NCBI GenBank assembly: GCA_963796285.1
Contig: CAWCKW010000001.1
Span: 193-64,192 of the forward strand
Length of the DNA: 64,000 bases
From: Nitrospirota bacterium
GTDB taxonomy: Bacteria; Nitrospirota; UBA9217
Reading direction: 5' to 3'
The notes beneath the pieces are model-generated. The model worked only from the letters and a program-made list of their open reading frames with translations. It searched no databases and was not told the origin of the DNA. This document shows positions 60,662-64,000 of the stretch, one piece after another. The translations under genes and the position numbers were made by a program. Each line of letters starts with the position of its first letter. Position 1 is the stretch's first letter.

Positions 60662-60967
60662 ATGGTAAGTTTGACGGACAGTGCTATAGGCAAGTTCAAG
60701 GAAACGGTTGCTAAGCAGGGAACTGCTGGAGACGGCGTCAGGATATTCGTTGTCCCGGGCGGTTGAAGCCCCTCTTTGGCTATGGACATAGCCAAAGCAG
60801 CCCTGAAGGGAGATACGACCCTTGAGTTACAGGGATTGAAGCTGTTTCTCGAAGAGCGCGCCAGCGACATGCTGATGAGCACGATGATCGATTTTCAGGA
60901 AGGGCAGGGTTTTGTGCTTTCGGGCATGCAACCAAGCTCTTGCGGTTCTTCCTGCAGTAGTTGTTGA
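60662..60967 (+). CDS. HesB/IscA-like selenoprotein (Sec at codon 35, UGA 60764-60766).
   Basis: AAGGAGGA RBS (60646-60653) 8 nt before the ATG. MVSLTDSAIGKFKETVAKQGTAGDGVRIFVVPGG-U-SPSLAMDIAKAALKGDTTLELQGLKLFLEE...SCGSSCSSC. The listed ORF 60776-60967 is in the same frame as ATG 60662. A hairpin follows the UGA. Confidence 0.8.
60774..60797 (+). promoter_or_regulatory. SECIS-like hairpin.
   Basis: Perfect 10-bp stem CTTTGGCTAT / ATAGCCAAAG with loop GGAC. The stem starts 7 nt after the UGA and the loop starts 17 nt after it. Confidence 0.7.
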
Positions 60968-60991
60968 CCATATCGACATGAGATAATTTCA

Positions 60992-61027
60992 ACCGCTGTC
61001 CTGTTCATCGGGACAGCGGTTTTTTTG
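60992..61027 (+). terminator. Rho-independent terminator after the HesB-like gene.
   Basis: accgctgtcc / ggacagcggt 10-bp stem followed by a T7 run. Confidence 0.85.
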
Positions 61028-61365
61028 TTCTCAAGCTGTATTTCTTCGATCCTTTCGAGGTATTCTGCCTCAAGTAATAAATACCTTCCCCATTTTTGCT
61101 AAAATACAAGAGAGATGTCTTGTCATTCAAATATCGGCTTTGATTACGTCGCAACCGGTGAGGACGCTTGTGGGCTCGATGCTCGTGGTGATGGTGACGA
61201 AACGATTGGGGTATTGATGCTTCGAATAAATGTTTCTCAGTGACCATAGAAAGGACAGGGAGAATATATTCATGTATAATTTAAGTATCTTCCTGGGCTG
61301 ACTAAGAAAGCATGATACAGATGCATTGAAGGAACGATGCCTCCGGGGAATGCAGGATATCTGGC

Positions 61366-62106
61366 ATGATTGAAATCAATAATTTGACAATCAGCGTCGA
61401 AGGGAAAAAGATTCTCAATGGTGTGAATCTCACTATCGGGGACGGAGAGACCGTTGTCCTGTTCGGTCCGAATGGATCTGGAAAGACCTCGCTCCTGAAA
61501 ACGATCATGGGTATGCCGCAGTTCAAGGTGGAATCGGGAACCATCATTTACCGGGGCAATGAGATAACAGCGCGCAGTCTTGACGAACGCGCCCGGCTCG
61601 GGATCGGCATGGTATATCAGAATCCTCCGGCGGTCCGGGGGGTGAGGCTTAAAGAAATTCTTCGCATCTGCATGGAAAAGAACGGCACCTACACGGAGGG
61701 GCGGATCAGCGAGGCCGCGGAGAAATTGAACCTCACCGATTTTTTGGACAGAGACATTAATCTGGGCTTTTCCGGCGGAGAGCTCAAGCGGTCGGAACTT
61801 CTCCAACTGTTTGCCCAAAACCCCGAGTTCGTGATGCTTGATGAGCCTGATTCGGGCGTGGACCTGGTCAATATCAATCTGGTGGGTATCGCGATCAATG
61901 AGCTGCTTGAAAAAGATAAACGGAAAGACAAGAGAATCAAGGCGGGGCTGATCATAACGCATGCCGGTTACATCCTGGACTATGTGAATGCGGACCGGGC
62001 ATATGTCATGCTGGACGGTGCCGTGACCTGCTCGGGAAATCCGAGAGACGTTCTGGAGGACATACGAACGAAAGGATTTAAGGGGTGTATGCAATGCCGG
62101 AAATGA
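61366..62106 (+). CDS. sufC: Fe-S cluster assembly ATPase SufC.
   Basis: GPNGSGKTSL, LNLGFSGGELKRSELLQL, MLDEPDSGVD. Confidence 0.9.
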   Translation: MIEINNLTISVEGKKILNGVNLTIGDGETVVLFGPNGSGKTSLLKTIMGMPQFKVESGTIIYRGNEITARSLDERARLGIGMVYQNPPAVRGVRLKEILRICMEKNGTYTEGRISEAAEKLNLTDFLDRDINLGFSGGELKRSELLQLFAQNPEFVMLDEPDSGVDLVNINLVGIAINELLEKDKRKDKRIKAGLIITHAGYILDYVNADRAYVMLDGAVTCSGNPRDVLEDIRTKGFKGCMQCRK

Positions 62107-63317
62107 ATATTAAGGAAAAGGCAAAAGGGGCAGAGAAAAAACCCGCTGCCATCGGTCCGGATATCGATCTTTCCGCGTATTCCAATTCGGCGGAGGAACA
62201 CGGTGAGATCCAGCGATTACAGGGACTCCCAACAGAGGTGCGGGAGAGGTCTGCCACGGTGGGTATGGATGCGGAGGAGGCATGCAGGGCGGGGTCATTC
62301 TTTCAGATGGACCATTCTGTTATTCTCTCAACGGCCCTTCAAAGCGGCCTTGAGGTGATGAGTATCACCGAAGCGCTCAACAAATACGATTGGCTGAAAG
62401 ACTACTGGTGGAAGGCCGTGCAGGTGGAGACGGATAAATATACCGCTCAGGCGGAGTTGAAACAGAACCATGGCTATTTTCTAAGGGCGTTGCCCGGAGC
62501 ACGGGCAGAATTTCCGCTACAGGCATGCCTCTACATGACGCGGGAAGGATTGGCGCAGAACGTACATAATATTGTCATTGCCGAGGAAGGCTCAGAGCTT
62601 CATATTATCACGGGCTGTACAACAGCGCCGCGCGTGAGCACCGGACTCCATGTCGGCATCTCAGAGTTCTACGTGAAGAAGAACGCAAAAGTCACCTTTA
62701 CCATGATCCATAACTGGGCCGAGGGTGTTGCCGTTCGTCCGAGGAGCGGAACGATCATTGACGAGAACGGTGTTTTCATGAGCAACTATATTTGCATGAG
62801 ACCGGTAAAAAGCCTGCAGACGTACCCAACCGCATACTGCATCGGCGAGAACGCCACCGTGAGATACAATACCATCCTGGTAGCGCCGGAGGGATCTCAG
62901 ATGGACGTGGGTTCACGGGTTTTCCTGCGGGCAAAGGGCAGCCGGGCGGAGGCCGTTGCGCGGACCATTACGAAAGGGGGCGATATTGTGTCGAGAGGTT
63001 GTCTCGTCGGGGAGGTCCCGGGGGTCAAAGCGCACCTGGAGTGCCGGGGACTTATTCTTTCTGAACGCGGGACGATCCTCGCCATACCCGAGCTCGATGC
63101 CAGAGTGGGCGGCGTCGACATGTCCCACGAAGCGGCTGTGGGAAAGATCGCGGAGGCAGAGATCCAGTACTTGATGTCACGGGGGCTGACCAGCGATGAA
63201 GCGACAGCCGCGATCGTCAGAGGTTTTCTTGATGTTGAGATAAAGGGCCTGCCGGAGCATCTCAAGGCAGAGATCAAAAAGGCGCTCCGGACGGGAGAGG
63301 GAAAGGGGCTCCTGTAA
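62094..63317 (+). CDS. sufB: SufB/SufD-family Fe-S cluster assembly scaffold.
   Basis: The C-terminal core HEAAVGKIAEAEIQYLMSRGLTSDEATAAIVRGF is typical of SufB. The gene overlaps the sufC stop. Confidence 0.85.
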   Translation: MPEMNIKEKAKGAEKKPAAIGPDIDLSAYSNSAEEHGEIQRLQGLPTEVRERSATVGMDAEEACRAGSFFQMDHSVILSTALQSGLEVMSITEALNKYDWLKDYWWKAVQVETDKYTAQAELKQNHGYFLRALPGARAEFPLQACLYMTREGLAQNVHNIVIAEEGSELHIITGCTTAPRVSTGLHVGISEFYVKKNAKVTFTMIHNWAEGVAVRPRSGTIIDENGVFMSNYICMRPVKSLQTYPTAYCIGENATVRYNTILVAPEGSQMDVGSRVFLRAKGSRAEAVARTITKGGDIVSRGCLVGEVPGVKAHLECRGLILSERGTILAIPELDARVGGVDMSHEAAVGKIAEAEIQYLMSRGLTSDEATAAIVRGFLDVEIKGLPEHLKAEIKKALRTGEGKGLL

Positions 63318-63413
63318 ATGTTGCCAGGTCGGCGTCGAGCCAGCGGCTAACGAAGCGTCTGGTTTTGCATCGCTCTACATGACCTACCGACGACAAACTG
63401 AATATTGTGTGGT

Positions 63414-63806
63414 TTAGTCGTTCTTCTTTTCCCTGCTTTTCTGTTGCAGGGCGCTGAAGATCATATCGAGAACGTTTTCCTGCTGGCCCTCATATTTGTT
63501 CAGCACCGCCAGGCAGCTGCCCATCGGGAAACGGTTGTGCAGATAGTCGGCGTCGTGTCCTGAAAGGATGATGACGCGGTTCTTGCTAACCCCTTTGGAG
63601 ACGGCGTAGGAGAGGATCTTCGAGCCGTCCAGTCCGGGCATCTCCAGATCGACCAGCAGGAGATCGAGGTCCTCGGTGATAGAGGCAAGGCATTTGATCG
63701 GATCATTGCAGGTCAGGACAGTAAGACCGGGGTAGCGCTCGGCAACGTACTTTGTAAGCACCTTGAGAAATGTTTCATCATCATCGATCAGTAGCACTTT
63801 TCCCAT
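63414..63806 (-). CDS. Single-domain response regulator (receiver).
   Basis: VLLIDDDE, LLLVDLEMPGLDG, VIILSGH. Confidence 0.85.
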   Translation of the reverse strand: MGKVLLIDDDETFLKVLTKYVAERYPGLTVLTCNDPIKCLASITEDLDLLLVDLEMPGLDGSKILSYAVSKGVSKNRVIILSGHDADYLHNRFPMGSCLAVLNKYEGQQENVLDMIFSALQQKSREKKND

Positions 63807-64000
63807 CTTCTGTCTGCCTTATTCTTTTCTTGAACAGCGCATCCGGCAGTTTTTGCCAGTGATAAGAGAACGCTAGTACTATATCAGAAAGGAGAATATC
63901 TTGTACATACCATTTTAATAAATCAGCTCTTTTCACAATGAGGTTCTTTCCGGAGAAGACGATTTAATCCTTTCTTAGCCCACGCTTATCACTGAGAGAC

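Noticed and set aside
61005-61247. 80-aa minus-strand His/Arg-rich ORF (FRHHHHEHRAHKRPHRLRR) between the HesB-like gene and sufC.
   Set aside because: No RBS or homology. It overlaps the HesB terminator and is compositionally odd, so it is probably a chance ORF in an AT-rich spacer.

Overview
G+C-rich (by eye, high-50s %) bacterial chromosomal segment with about 60 protein genes. I found no rRNA, tRNA, CRISPR array, transposase or integrase. LptD points to a diderm, an NtrC-type activator points to sigma54 use, and at least one in-frame UGA with a SECIS-like hairpin points to selenocysteine decoding.

Gene content:
- Housekeeping genes: secA, uvrB, typA, lptD, folC, murI, glgA/galT, a DinG-like helicase, nth, cutA, cspA, sufCB, apbE, arsC, nagZ.
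- Signalling genes: two histidine kinases, a sigma54 activator, three single-domain receivers, GGDEF, PilZ, MarR.
- A lipid-remodelling block: an acyl-AMP ligase-ACP-PlsC fusion, patatin, UbiA and a second PlsC.
- A transferase cluster of the type I recall as rSAM/selenodomain-associated (arsenosugar-like).

Main hunt results:
1. A HesB/IscA-like selenoprotein that the ORF caller split at an in-frame UGA. A perfect hairpin follows the UGA, and the gene lies just upstream of sufCB.
2. A second candidate selenoprotein. It is a thioredoxin-fold, DUF2703-like protein whose fold is only completed by reading through its UGA stop.
3. A 116-nt element present twice in inverted orientation, 114/116 identical and 19.7 kb apart. 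Each copy lies sense-oriented 5' of a gene, and the element has a plausible multi-stem RNA fold.
4. A dispersed family of tandem-octamer (CACRRAGN / CGCAAAGN) hairpin repeats in intergenic regions.
5. Several lower-GC islets and decayed gene relics.

About 19 single-nucleotide frameshifts interrupt otherwise clear genes, some in homopolymers. Draft-assembly error is as likely as true pseudogenisation.

All family assignments come from motif recognition by eye. No searches were run. Start codons are best guesses.
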